From positions 1 to 64,000 of IMG/VR virus record IMGVR_UViG_3300026488_000015: a stretch of DNA of 64,000 nucleotides; one strand, given 5' to 3'. Position numbers and translations under genes: made by a program. Numbering within the stretch: position 1 is the stretch's first letter; the number at the start of each line of letters is the position of its first letter. The notes beneath the pieces are model-generated. The model was not told the origin of the DNA. It ran no database searches and worked only from the letters and a program-made list of their open reading frames with translations. Origin of the DNA: a virus. Below, piece by piece: positions 36,412 through 47,400 of the stretch.

Positions 36412-37368
36412 TTAAACCCAGCTAACTAAATCAGCAATGAGGTCTTTATTTAATTTATTTATATTGCCTACAAGTATACCGTAGATAAACACATACATTT
36501 CGCATAGATATTCTATCGGTTTTTGGTTTTCTAGCTGTTGTATCAGACAACCTTTCTCGCAATATTGGTTTACGCTACAACTCTTACAGAAATCTTGTAT
36601 TGTTTCTGAATTTACTTGCGAATTAAAAATATCTTCTTTATCAAAATATCTGTAACAACTAAAAAATTTATTATCGTGAAATGCTAGAACAGTATCCCCA
36701 GCACCACAATCTTTTGGTGAGTATCCTTTTTTATGGTATCTAAGTATATGAGTTAAAAAATGAATGAAAAATGCTGGTATAGTATTTGTTGATGTAGCAT
36801 AATCCATTAATCCAGAAATATCTTCTTTGGCTTGCTCTATATTATCTTTATGCCATATACCGATATCCCTGACAATAGTAATCCCAGGATTAACTCCAAA
36901 CATATTGTACAATAATTTATGATTATCTTTCAACCCAAACATTGTACCATTCCACATAGCGTGTATTTTCAAATCATCGATAGTTCTAATAAGCTCTATT
37001 AAAGCCGGATGGAAGTCTTTTCCTCGCTCTGATTGCCAAATACCATCGTGAGATACAGAAACAGTCACTTTATTGTCGTTGAATATTTTGATTATGCCCG
37101 GTGCTAGTAGCAACCCATTAGTCATAATATTAGTTTTGAACCCATTACTATTACTGTACTCTATGAATTGTATGACTAAAGGCATTTGCATTAAAGGTTC
37201 TCCGCCCATAATATCAAAAATGTAATTTTCGTTTTCCTCGTATATATCTTCAAATTCTTTCTTAAATGTATCGAATGATATTTTTTCCGTTGATTTTTTG
37301 TCTATTATATAACAGTAAGAGCAGTCTAAATTGCACCCTTCTGATAATATCAGCGATATATGCTTCAT
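36412..37368 (-). CDS. Radical SAM/SPASM maturase
   Basis: CNLDCSYC, GGEPL, TNG, SHDG; CGAG...C...CKSC....YC.KGC...C. Confidence 0.9.
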   Translation of the reverse strand: MKHISLILSEGCNLDCSYCYIIDKKSTEKISFDTFKKEFEDIYEENENYIFDIMGGEPLMQMPLVIQFIEYSNSNGFKTNIMTNGLLLAPGIIKIFNDNKVTVSVSHDGIWQSERGKDFHPALIELIRTIDDLKIHAMWNGTMFGLKDNHKLLYNMFGVNPGITIVRDIGIWHKDNIEQAKEDISGLMDYATSTNTIPAFFIHFLTHILRYHKKGYSPKDCGAGDTVLAFHDNKFFSCYRYFDKEDIFNSQVNSETIQDFCKSCSVNQYCEKGCLIQQLENQKPIEYLCEMYVFIYGILVGNINKLNKDLIADLVSWV

Positions 37369-37426
37369 AAAATTCCTTTCCTCTTCATCAGAGCCGTTGA
37401 GTGGTTTATCTATCCTTTATTTACAG

Positions 37427-37462
37427 TATTATAACATAAGAGCACTTAAAATACTCTTAAAT
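37427..37462 (-). promoter_or_regulatory. Early promoter heading the radical-SAM island
   Basis: TTTAAG-N-TTAAG-N9-GT-TATAAT. Confidence 0.75.
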
Positions 37463-37464
37463 TT

Positions 37465-40400
37465 CTAAACTTTTACTGTTACTGTTCCATCGATTGAATC
37501 TTCTAAACAAATTCCGATTAATCTTTTTGATTCGTTGAAGTCGTAATCATCAACACCATAACCTTTACCATCTTTTCCAGCTAGCAAATATTGACCTTTC
37601 TTGGCTTCTGTTACAAAACAAGGAATCTTTCCTTTAAGTGCTATTGCTAAGTAAAGTTCATTTTCTGCTATCTCATCAGTATTATTCATTAGTAACGCAG
37701 GGTCAGTAGAAACAACTCCTGCTAGTTTCATACCTTCTTCGTACATAGTGATTTCATTATCCCCGCCGATACCCATTACAGTACCTGGAACCTGAACTTC
37801 ATCACTAAAGTAGTTTTCTGCTACATCGGCATATCTAGCAGATGTAGCAGTTAAGTAAGCTTTACCGTTTGAACCGTTTAAGAATATTCTTGCATCACCA
37901 TCAGAAGCAACATACATACCCCAACCCGCACCAGTTTGAGAACCGATGAACGAAGCAGATGCATCAGTAAAACCTATACCGTACATATTACCTAATGATG
38001 CATCTGAAGGGTTATAACTAGAACCGATAGTATAAATTGGGTTAGATTTAAGACTATTACCACCAACATTATTATAAGAACCTTCTAAGTGACCAGTGTG
38101 GTGATTATGTCTAGCATAAGTAACAGCTTTTACTCTATTTGAGAATGTAGCATACTCATCAACTTGTAAAGTACCTTCGATTTTGGTATTTTTACCATTG
38201 TCGCTTAATGTTACAACACCTCTAATTCTTGTAGTATCAGTCGTAGCGTTACCAAGAGTTGTATTACCTGAAACAGAAAGATTCGATTGTACATATAATG
38301 AACCACTATTAAGTGACATTCTAGTTATATCTGCTGAACTACCTGATTTAGTTACCCAAGCAAAGTTTTCGTTCCCGTTATCTCCAGTTCTAAATTCTAG
38401 TCTATTATTCGATGCAGAATCAGTAGTCGTAATGAACTTGATACTAGCTGTATCAGTTACAGAACTCCAATAAATACCTTCACCTGATGAGTTGAATTGG
38501 ACTGTACCTTCTACTGTTACACCAGAACTATTAGTAGCTAGTTTTTCTACGCCATTATTGTATAAATGAACACCAGCATTTTGGTCACACCAAATAGCGT
38601 TTTCTGAAGAACTATTTCTAAGTATTAAATCTCCACCAGTACTTTGGATATATAAGTTACCAGTACCTTGTTCTTCAATATAAGAGTGGCTACCTGAGTG
38701 GTAAATATCTAAATCAGAACTGTTACCTAAGTATAAGTGCTTATTATCATCGAATCTCATATCAGCTTGTACAGTTGTAGTGGCTTTAATTGTTAAAGCA
38801 TCACCCGTTGAGTCACCTAGTGTAGTATCGTTATATACTAATAAAGAAGTTAAATTAATATGATTCATTCTTGAAGTACCAGCAAAGTTACCGTAGTAAC
38901 CCGTAATATCTGAATCATAATAAATTGGTGCATAAACTGAAGTACCAACATATAATTTCTTAGCTATAGCAACACCACCTCTGAATCTTGCTCCTGCAAC
39001 AGTAGTACTACTTGCATCTAAAATACTTAAAAAGTCTGTATTATTATTTGTGTAAAATATTCTCATTGCTTCATAAGCAGGTATTCCAGTCGTTGTACTA
39101 AGTGAACCCATACCGATGTGACCGTAACCATCGCCAGTATAAGTCATACTTATAGAAGCACCAGCACTTTCACCTAATGTGATACCTGCTGATTGCTCGA
39201 TTGTACCTTCACTTGAAGAATCTAATGTAATCCAAGGTCTATTTTTTGTAATATTAATATCACCTTTAGTATCAAGTGCACCATCTCCATATACTCTGAA
39301 TCTAGTATTAGCTGATGTAGTTAGAGAAGCTGATGTATTAGCTCTTAAATCCATAAGAACATCTGAACCAGATACCCCCTTACCTTCTCCATCCATTTCT
39401 AGTACGATTCCGTAAGAATCGCTAACATCTACTTTATGTGAGATATAAAGTGAAGGACTTGCAGATGCACTAACATCGCTAATTGTCATTTTACCATTAA
39501 CAGTAGCACCAGTACTAGTAGTTTCAAATCTTTGAGAACCGTTGTAGTATAAATGAACACCTTCGTTTTGGTCACACCAGATTGCATTCTCTGTCGTTGA
39601 TGTTCTAAGATATAAATCACCTGAAGTACTTCTAATGTACATACTTCCAGTACCTTGGTCTTCAATGAAAGAATTTGAACCATCGTGGTAGATGTCTAAA
39701 TCTTTACCTGAACCGAAGTATAAGTGGTCGTTATCAGTAAATCTCATATCAGCTGTAACAGTTGTAGTAGCATTAATCGTTAATGTATCACTTGTACTAT
39801 TTCCAAGAATATTATTACCATTAAATGTTCCATTACCCGTTACTGTAAGATTACTACCAAATGATACTGATTGAGCAACATCTAATGAACCATTAATAAC
39901 AGTAGCTCTACCAGTGTCACTTAAAGTAACAGTACCTCTGATTCTTGTAATGTCTGCTGAACTATCACCTAGTGTAGTTGTTCCTAGAACATATAAAGAA
40001 CTTTTTAACTTAGTTGCTTCATCTACATCTAATGTACCTTCAACTCTCGTTAATTTACCATTATCAGATAATGTAACAGTACCTCTAATTCTTGTAGTAT
40101 CAGTCACAGCATTACCAAGAGTCGTGTTACCTAGAACATATAGTGTGTTGTTGAGCGTTGTCGCGCCTGTCACTGCTAGAGTACTTAAAAGTCTTGTCGC
40201 GCCCGTTACATCTAATGTCTTAGCGAAATCTACATCACCACCAACATTTAGTCTTCTAGCGATTCCTACTCCACCCTTAATAGCTAATGAACCACTATTA
40301 TAATTTGAACTATCCAAAGTACTTCTGAATTCTAAAGTTCCTTCAGTTGAACCATCTTGGACATCGATATAGCTAGTATTATTACCATCGATACCTTGTT

Positions 40401-43400
40401 TGAAGTAAACTAACCCACCATCTTGCGACATTTCGATAGCAACATTATCGCTCTCATCTACATTATCTGTGTCGCTTTGTAATCTGATAACCAAATCACC
40501 TTTTGCTTTCACATCATATAAGAAATTATCTGTAATGATTGTTTCTGTGTAATTACCACTTGAAGTGATTGTACTTACAATATCATTAACTGTTGTAGTG
40601 CTAACAATATCACCTGATACTGCAGTAGCTCTAGTAATATTTGTAGCATTAATAGTTTCACTAATATTAACAGCATCTAATAGGTATCGGAAATCATCGT
40701 GTGCATCGTATGTTACTTCGATGTCATCATCAGGTGATGTCATACTCCAAATAAAGTTACCGTGACTATCTTCAGCAACTAATTCATTGCTTTTGTTATC
40801 TCTAAGAGTTTTCGTCCAAACTCTCCATACACCAGCAATCTTTTGTCTTACCCAAATATTGTTAGAAGCATCATTCATTGCATAAGCAACTTGTGTACCA
40901 TAAGTATCACTATTTGTGTGCATCATCGTTACAACGAATGCCCAAGCACCTAAATCATCTGGTTCATTTGTAACTGAACCTTTATCGATATTGTAAACAC
41001 TATTTCTAACGATAGCATCTAAATTACCAGTATATGTTTCGTGTCTTTTGTTCTCTTTGTAACCATCTAAATTCCACTTACTAAGAAGCTCTTCTTGTGT
41101 ACCAGAAATTGTTCTAATAGGTGTTTCATCGTTAAATTCTTTAAGACCAGAGATTAATTCGTGCTCATCAGTCGTAACCATATGAGAATCAATCTCAATA
41201 AGACCATCAACTAAATTCTGTGCTACAAATCTTTCACTAAAATCATCACCTGAATCTGTTGTTTCTTGTAATTTTGAGATTCTACCAATTTCTGCATCGT
41301 GAATATTATGTGCTCTAACTAAATCTTCAGCAGGCGTATTATCATCGTAATATGTCGTAGTCATTGTAGCTAAATCACCGATTTCAAAATCGTGTTCATT
41401 AATACTAGAAACAACATCGATACCCGTTGTTGTTAGTTCATAAATGTTACCAATCTCTAAATCGTGTACATTTAGTGCAGTGATAATATCTTTAGCAATC
41501 TCACCCTGATTAGGGTCAATATCTTCTGTATGCTGTACTGTTAATTCTCTGTAATCACCCTTTTCAACTTCATTGATATTAATTGATTTAACTAAAGAAT
41601 CACCATTAACACCTTCTTGGAAGGCTGGAGAATACATAATAATATCTTCTTTGTCGCCAACATCGATTTCAAGATTGTGTAATCTTAATGAGTTTTCAGC
41701 AGAAACATCTACATATCCGTAATACTCACGGAATTCAATAATCCAACCTTCTTCCATTGTATCAACAAAACGAACACGACGCTCATCTACTTCAATATAA
41801 TCATCATTTTCTCTAAGAATAAGACCGTTTAAGTAAACATCTAATGATTTTCTATCATTTGTATATTTTCTTTGATTGGGTACAGTAATAATCTCACCTT
41901 TCTCTACATCTTCAGGAACCTCGTAATACTCTCTCATACGACCAGTGCTCATTCCAGAGATACCATCTTCATCATATAAGATGCCGTAAGAATAAAGGTA
42001 TGCTGCATCGTGCTCAGGTCTTAATGCTGTATCATTTCTAACAAATCTGAACCACATATTATCTTGTGCAGGGTCTGTTATGATATGCTGTTGATGCTTA
42101 CCATCGTACCAAATACCGTCTGTTCCATCGCTAGAATCGAATGAGTATTGAACATCATAATAAGCACCGTTATTGTTATCATTGATATAAGGGTAAACCA
42201 TATCGTAAAGGTCTGTGTTATCAGGACCAAAGATACTTTCGTTAGTACCAATAATATCACCTTCATTTTGAGCTAAGTATGCAGTTTCTCTTGCAACATA
42301 AACAACTGAACCAGTCGTAAGTGCTGTATAAGGTCTTTCAAAAGTTTCTACATAACATTTACTGAAAGGTGATTGCTGTAAGAAAAACTCATATTCAAGA
42401 GCTTCAGGAATAACACCATCACTTGCTGGATTATCAATATCTATTGCGAATAAAGTATCTGTAACTGCGATACCTGCTTTAACTGCTCCTGGGAATTTAT
42501 CTAATGTGATTCCACCTTTAACAGTAGCATCGATGTAGTAAATGCTACCTACTTCAAATCTTTCACCGACACCAAACATTGAATCAAGTCTAGCAGGAGT
42601 GAATTCTAGTGCTCCAGCAAAAATAATGTAATGCTGTAGTCCCATATTCATATAGAATCCTACTGCGTTTCCAGTTTCTGAACCATCACTAAGTGCTTTT
42701 TCATATAAACCAGTATCTAATTCTTTGTAAACAATATCAAAGTTCACAATATCACCGATTTCAGAACTAACAACTGGAAGACTGAAGAATGTAGCAGAAG
42801 CTTTATTTCTATCTACTGAAACGATTAAGTGTTGAGCATCAACAGCAATACCAACAGAAACAGAAACTTCTGTGTATTCTAGTTGTACTTTACCTTTGTC
42901 TAATTCATCTGTGCTTAAATAGTATTGTTTACCTGGAACTAAAGTCGTATTTGTAACACGAACATAACCATCATAAACGATATAATGTCTTGAATCGTAA
43001 ATCTTGTACATACCAGCAATAACTTCTTCATTAACACCAGAGTTAAAACCTTTCTCGTATTTTCCAGTATCTACATCAAAGAAAACGAAATCAGAATCAG
43101 AAATTGTTCCCACTTTACTTGAAGCGAACTCATAAACACCATTTTCGTGATATTCGTGTCTTTGAATGTCTAAAAGAAGTACACCTGCATCGATACCTCT
43201 ACCAATTTTCATACTTTGTGGTGGAGTTAAATCATCGTATGTTTTATATACGCCTTCTACTGTATCAGAAAGATAATAATCTTGTCCTGCTACGATACCT
43301 GATAATTCGACTAAACCAGCATAAACAATGTAATGTTTACCTTCATATAATTTGTATATACCAACAACTTCAGAAGCATCATCTGTATCAGATATAGCTT

Positions 43401-44355
43401 TTGAATAGATAGCTCCGTTTTTGTAAACGATGTCACCATCAGCTAATGTTGCTACTTCTGTACTATGTACTTGAAATAATGATTTTTCAGGAATAACTCT
43501 TTCGCTAATATTAACAACGATGTAATCTGTGCTTACTGCTCTACCAATTTTGATAGCGTTAGGTGCTTCATAACCATTGTAGTCGAATTTCTTGTAATCA
43601 CCTGAAACTGAATCAGATAAAAAGTAATCTTTTCCTACTTCTAAATCGTTATTAACAACTTTAACAAGACCATCATAAACGATGTAATGCTTAGTACCGT
43701 AAGATTTATAGAAACCTACAAGTCTATTTTCATCATCTTCAGAATTCTTTGCTTTCTCGTACTTTGTACCAGTGAAGTAAACTAAATCAGAATCATCGAT
43801 GTCGCCTTTTTGATTATCAGGGAATTCATAAGAACCTTGTTCAATAACTCTGTCTTCATCAACTTCTACTAAAATATGTGTAGGTGTTAGTGCTTTACCT
43901 ATTCTGATAGCACCTGGAAAAGGTTTATCATCAGAAAAACTCATAACTCCACCTAAAGTAGTGTCGCTTAAGTATTGGAATTGACCAACATTAAAGTTTG
44001 AACCTTCAATTTCTACTGCACCAGCAAAGATTAAGTACCAAGAACCTTCGTAGTTCTTAACTACACCAAAAGGTTTGTCTTTTCTGTAAGTATTGTTTGT
44101 TTCTGTATTGAAGATTGCTTTACCGTAGATGTATTCTCCGGCAACAAGTGGATTTTCGTAACGATATACTACATCTCCATCTTCTACTGAATTAATACCA
44201 CCTTCAAGGTCGATGTCAGCTAATGGAATTGTACTATTTGTGTACTCATAGTTATCAAGTTTAGTTACTAGTTGTTTAAGTGGACGATTAGCTACTTCAG
44301 GAGTTCCTCTTTCGCTTTCGTGTATCCAGTCTATTTCATTATATAAAGTTCCCAT
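37465..44355 (-). CDS. Long tail fibre protein with C-terminal intramolecular chaperone-like domain
   Basis: 2296 aa; N-terminal W...E....NRPL; internal repeats; knob-like domain; C-terminal SARYADVAE...GVVSTDPALLMN...IALKGKIP. Confidence 0.85.
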   Translation of the reverse strand: MGTLYNEIDWIHESERGTPEVANRPLKQLVTKLDNYEYTNSTIPLADIDLEGGINSVEDGDVVYRYENPLVAGEYIYGKAIFNTETNNTYRKDKPFGVVKNYEGSWYLIFAGAVEIEGSNFNVGQFQYLSDTTLGGVMSFSDDKPFPGAIRIGKALTPTHILVEVDEDRVIEQGSYEFPDNQKGDIDDSDLVYFTGTKYEKAKNSEDDENRLVGFYKSYGTKHYIVYDGLVKVVNNDLEVGKDYFLSDSVSGDYKKFDYNGYEAPNAIKIGRAVSTDYIVVNISERVIPEKSLFQVHSTEVATLADGDIVYKNGAIYSKAISDTDDASEVVGIYKLYEGKHYIVYAGLVELSGIVAGQDYYLSDTVEGVYKTYDDLTPPQSMKIGRGIDAGVLLLDIQRHEYHENGVYEFASSKVGTISDSDFVFFDVDTGKYEKGFNSGVNEEVIAGMYKIYDSRHYIVYDGYVRVTNTTLVPGKQYYLSTDELDKGKVQLEYTEVSVSVGIAVDAQHLIVSVDRNKASATFFSLPVVSSEIGDIVNFDIVYKELDTGLYEKALSDGSETGNAVGFYMNMGLQHYIIFAGALEFTPARLDSMFGVGERFEVGSIYYIDATVKGGITLDKFPGAVKAGIAVTDTLFAIDIDNPASDGVIPEALEYEFFLQQSPFSKCYVETFERPYTALTTGSVVYVARETAYLAQNEGDIIGTNESIFGPDNTDLYDMVYPYINDNNNGAYYDVQYSFDSSDGTDGIWYDGKHQQHIITDPAQDNMWFRFVRNDTALRPEHDAAYLYSYGILYDEDGISGMSTGRMREYYEVPEDVEKGEIITVPNQRKYTNDRKSLDVYLNGLILRENDDYIEVDERRVRFVDTMEEGWIIEFREYYGYVDVSAENSLRLHNLEIDVGDKEDIIMYSPAFQEGVNGDSLVKSININEVEKGDYRELTVQHTEDIDPNQGEIAKDIITALNVHDLEIGNIYELTTTGIDVVSSINEHDFEIGDLATMTTTYYDDNTPAEDLVRAHNIHDAEIGRISKLQETTDSGDDFSERFVAQNLVDGLIEIDSHMVTTDEHELISGLKEFNDETPIRTISGTQEELLSKWNLDGYKENKRHETYTGNLDAIVRNSVYNIDKGSVTNEPDDLGAWAFVVTMMHTNSDTYGTQVAYAMNDASNNIWVRQKIAGVWRVWTKTLRDNKSNELVAEDSHGNFIWSMTSPDDDIEVTYDAHDDFRYLLDAVNISETINATNITRATAVSGDIVSTTTVNDIVSTITSSGNYTETIITDNFLYDVKAKGDLVIRLQSDTDNVDESDNVAIEMSQDGGLVYFKQGIDGNNTSYIDVQDGSTEGTLEFRSTLDSSNYNSGSLAIKGGVGIARRLNVGGDVDFAKTLDVTGATRLLSTLAVTGATTLNNTLYVLGNTTLGNAVTDTTRIRGTVTLSDNGKLTRVEGTLDVDEATKLKSSLYVLGTTTLGDSSADITRIRGTVTLSDTGRATVINGSLDVAQSVSFGSNLTVTGNGTFNGNNILGNSTSDTLTINATTTVTADMRFTDNDHLYFGSGKDLDIYHDGSNSFIEDQGTGSMYIRSTSGDLYLRTSTTENAIWCDQNEGVHLYYNGSQRFETTSTGATVNGKMTISDVSASASPSLYISHKVDVSDSYGIVLEMDGEGKGVSGSDVLMDLRANTSASLTTSANTRFRVYGDGALDTKGDINITKNRPWITLDSSSEGTIEQSAGITLGESAGASISMTYTGDGYGHIGMGSLSTTTGIPAYEAMRIFYTNNNTDFLSILDASSTTVAGARFRGGVAIAKKLYVGTSVYAPIYYDSDITGYYGNFAGTSRMNHINLTSLLVYNDTTLGDSTGDALTIKATTTVQADMRFDDNKHLYLGNSSDLDIYHSGSHSYIEEQGTGNLYIQSTGGDLILRNSSSENAIWCDQNAGVHLYNNGVEKLATNSSGVTVEGTVQFNSSGEGIYWSSVTDTASIKFITTTDSASNNRLEFRTGDNGNENFAWVTKSGSSADITRMSLNSGSLYVQSNLSVSGNTTLGNATTDTTRIRGVVTLSDNGKNTKIEGTLQVDEYATFSNRVKAVTYARHNHHTGHLEGSYNNVGGNSLKSNPIYTIGSSYNPSDASLGNMYGIGFTDASASFIGSQTGAGWGMYVASDGDARIFLNGSNGKAYLTATSARYADVAENYFSDEVQVPGTVMGIGGDNEITMYEEGMKLAGVVSTDPALLMNNTDEIAENELYLAIALKGKIPCFVTEAKKGQYLLAGKDGKGYGVDDYDFNESKRLIGICLEDSIDGTVTVKV

Positions 44356-44382
44356 ATTAGTCCTACATTGTGAATTTATATG

Positions 44383-44390
44383 TATTTATA
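44383..44390 (-). promoter_or_regulatory. Late promoter TATAAATA
   Basis: Exact match upstream of the tail fibre gene. Confidence 0.8.
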
Positions 44391-44412
44391 TAATGAATAC
44401 CTCTCTGTAATA

Positions 44413-47400
44413 TTATACAGTAAAGTGTCTTAAATCTAACTGAATGGCTCCAGTTCTTTTTAAGAAAGATTGCCCTATTTGAACGATGTTATCAAATTTA
44501 TCAGTCTCCCTAACAAAAACGATTTCATCTGTGAAAGCAACATCATTGTGGTAAGTATATAAATCTGTATCAATTTTATTAGGTTGGTAGTAAATACATT
44601 TAGTTTCTCCACCAGTAACAGTAAAACTGTTTGGAAGTACTGGTTCAGCACCATAATATCCGATTGTGATAACATCATCTTCATTTATATAAACTGAATT
44701 TACGCTAATCATTTCTGCAGGTACTATATCTGTATTTCTTGTGTACAAATCAAAAACTCTGAACTCATTTTTTCTGAATTGCTTAATGTGTAAATCTCTA
44801 CCATTAGCATAGATGAAATATTCACCTGATTCTGAAATAGTAATAGCTGTATAATCTACAATTCTATCAGTCGAAAGCACATCGTTAGATAACTTCCCTA
44901 GAGAATCAATAGTTGTATCAGTTATATTGTCTAAATCACTCACATCGTAAGCTTTGACCTCTGCGTTGATACTTCCTACATATAAAGTACCATTATAAGC
45001 TAATGTAGTACCAAAATCTTTACTAACTTCTACACCATCAATATATCTTAATGTATTCAAACCTGAAGTGCTCTCATTCCATTGTTCATTTTCTCTTTGA
45101 AAAATTACAACTCTACCTATATTATTAAGAATAGTTCCATTATCATCACCGTTATATCCTGGGATACCAACTGCTACTTTGTCGTTTCCAAGAATTTTAA
45201 CACTCATACCAATACCATCCCAAGGTAGAATACTTTCATCAGCATTACCAAATAGGTATTTGTCTGTAAGTTGAGATTTAACTTCCTTATCTAGTATTTC
45301 TGCCCATAAAACAAATTCAGTACCATCGAACTCGAATGTACTGATGCTGTTATAGTTTGGTGTATAAGTACCACCTTGTCCTACTACAATTAGTTGCCCA
45401 TTGTCTGAAATTGTAACACTTGTACCAAATTTCTCATAAGCAGAATCCGATTTAGGTGAAACTAGTGTATCAATAAGAGTCCAAGTTTTCTTTGTCTCAT
45501 CAAAATCAAATACGAAAGCAACACCACGACCTATACCGAATGATGTATCTGCTCCGTTTGGTGCTGTGATAACGATTCTCTTAATATCTTTTGCTCTAGC
45601 AATACTATACCCGAACCAGTTACCTTGTGCTCCCGGGTTTTGAATCTCTTTGTCTAATATATAGAATGGTGCTTCTTCAAAATCAATACTTGCAAGTACT
45701 TTGTCTTCTGGATTAGCATATACAGAACCTACAGTTTTTACGATAGGCGAACGATAATCGAAATCATTTGAATCAACAGCAAAATGTTTTAAGTAATTTA
45801 CCGAATTGTGGTCACGCTTGATTTTAAGATTCAAGTGCTCAGTATCTTCATCTTGTACTTGTGGAAATTTAGCTAATGAACTCATAAACATATTACTATA
45901 TTTCTTAGCATTTGTAGCAGTAACATCTGAATAGCTAAACATTTTTCTGTCTTGTACTAGTGTACTACCTTGTTTATAATCTAAGATTCCATTATACATA
46001 ATATCATAAATGTAACCTTTTTCTGTGTCTAAAATGAAACCGTTTCTATTTTCTTGTACTGTAAGACCAGTAACTTCAGTCCAAGTAAAACCATAATCAT
46101 TACTCTTAATAACCTTAAGGCCTGCTGAATAAATGTAGTTAAAAACAATAAATTGTTTATGTCCTTCTACGGTATGAGAAGCATTTTCTTTTCTGTTGAT
46201 ATTGTTTACTTCGATTGTAACACTATCTTTGTACCAATTATGTACTGGTTTCTTTGTTTCATTTGTAGAATTAACAAAAACCCAAAAACCACCACCAGGT
46301 ACGATTACTGTGTTATCTGTATCTCTATAAGTACCATCATATAAATTTGTACTGTTGTCAAGTGTATCAGCACCTAAGAAAGTTCTATGAATACCCATAA
46401 ATTCTAGCACACTTAATTCTGTATTACTTAAAAGCACATCGTAATTTGAATTGTTAGTAATTATATATTTTTGATTATCACTTGATAATTCTACTGTGCA
46501 TTCTTTAGATAAGTTAGTACCCGTTGGGAATAATGTAACATCTCCAAATACTTCATTAACGAATAGTGTTCCGTTAGCAGGTCTGATACTATTAGTTATT
46601 ACTAAGAAATTATAAACTCTAGGAGGTAAAGAAAAACTAGGGACATCATTAGTGCTTGTTGGTACTGTATAGATTTTATTGAAAGTACCAGTATCAACGA
46701 TGCTATAAATTTCAAAATTTACTCCATTATCATCTGTTAAATAAGCTTTCTGGTTACCTTGTAATTTTCCAGGTAAATCTAGTAAAGATAATCTACCACT
46801 AATATTGAATGAGAATGATGGTGCACCAAGATAAAATTCGTGACCTTCTGCAATTGGGTCGAATCTCGATACTGTAACATCATAAATCGTACAATCTTTA
46901 TTTGCACTATATCCTCTAAGGTCATTGTCTTCGATTTTCTTAGCTAAGTATTCTGTTGGATTGCTTAATTTTGGAGAATACATTCTAAAATCTGTAATAT
47001 CTCTATCATCGATAGTCCTAGATTTCTGAACTAAATCAGAATAATCGTGATATCCTAATGGTTGATTTTTTTTATCTGCTTCGTTATTGAAAGCAGTAAC
47101 TGTACCACCCCATAATCCCCAAGCGTCTAAAGGTGTTTCTGAACCACTTCTTTGGTACCATTCACCTGAAACTGATTTTTTAGAACCTTTGTTATTGAAA
47201 TTAACATCATAAAGTGCATTATTTCTTCTTTGTACTTCAAAAAGAGTTATGTAATTTTCATTTGCTTTTTGTACGAGTCCTTTATCTGTAGCGTGTGGAG
47301 TGTATCCAAACTCAGCTACAAAATCTGAACCTGAAGCGAATCTTGTTTCAACGATAAATTTGTATTGCGTTTGAATCACTTCATCTTGCTCAACACGGAT

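Noticed and set aside
23369-37368. 7-deazaguanine (QueE) DNA modification or anaerobic RNR activase as explanation for the rSAM genes
   Set aside because: No FolE, QueD, QueC, DpdA or NrdD recognised in the window, and most enzymes have SPASM/Twitch-like tails; partners elsewhere in the genome cannot be excluded
37376-37393. Hammerhead ribozyme (CUGAUGA...GAAA on minus strand)
   Set aside because: Only 4 nt separate the two core strings, so no stem II can form, and no stems I/III are evident
5301-44684. Short alternative-frame minus-strand ORFs (5301..5483, 7868..8050, 39486..39683, 42078..42266, 44475..44684)
   Set aside because: Wholly nested in longer genes with no SD or motif support
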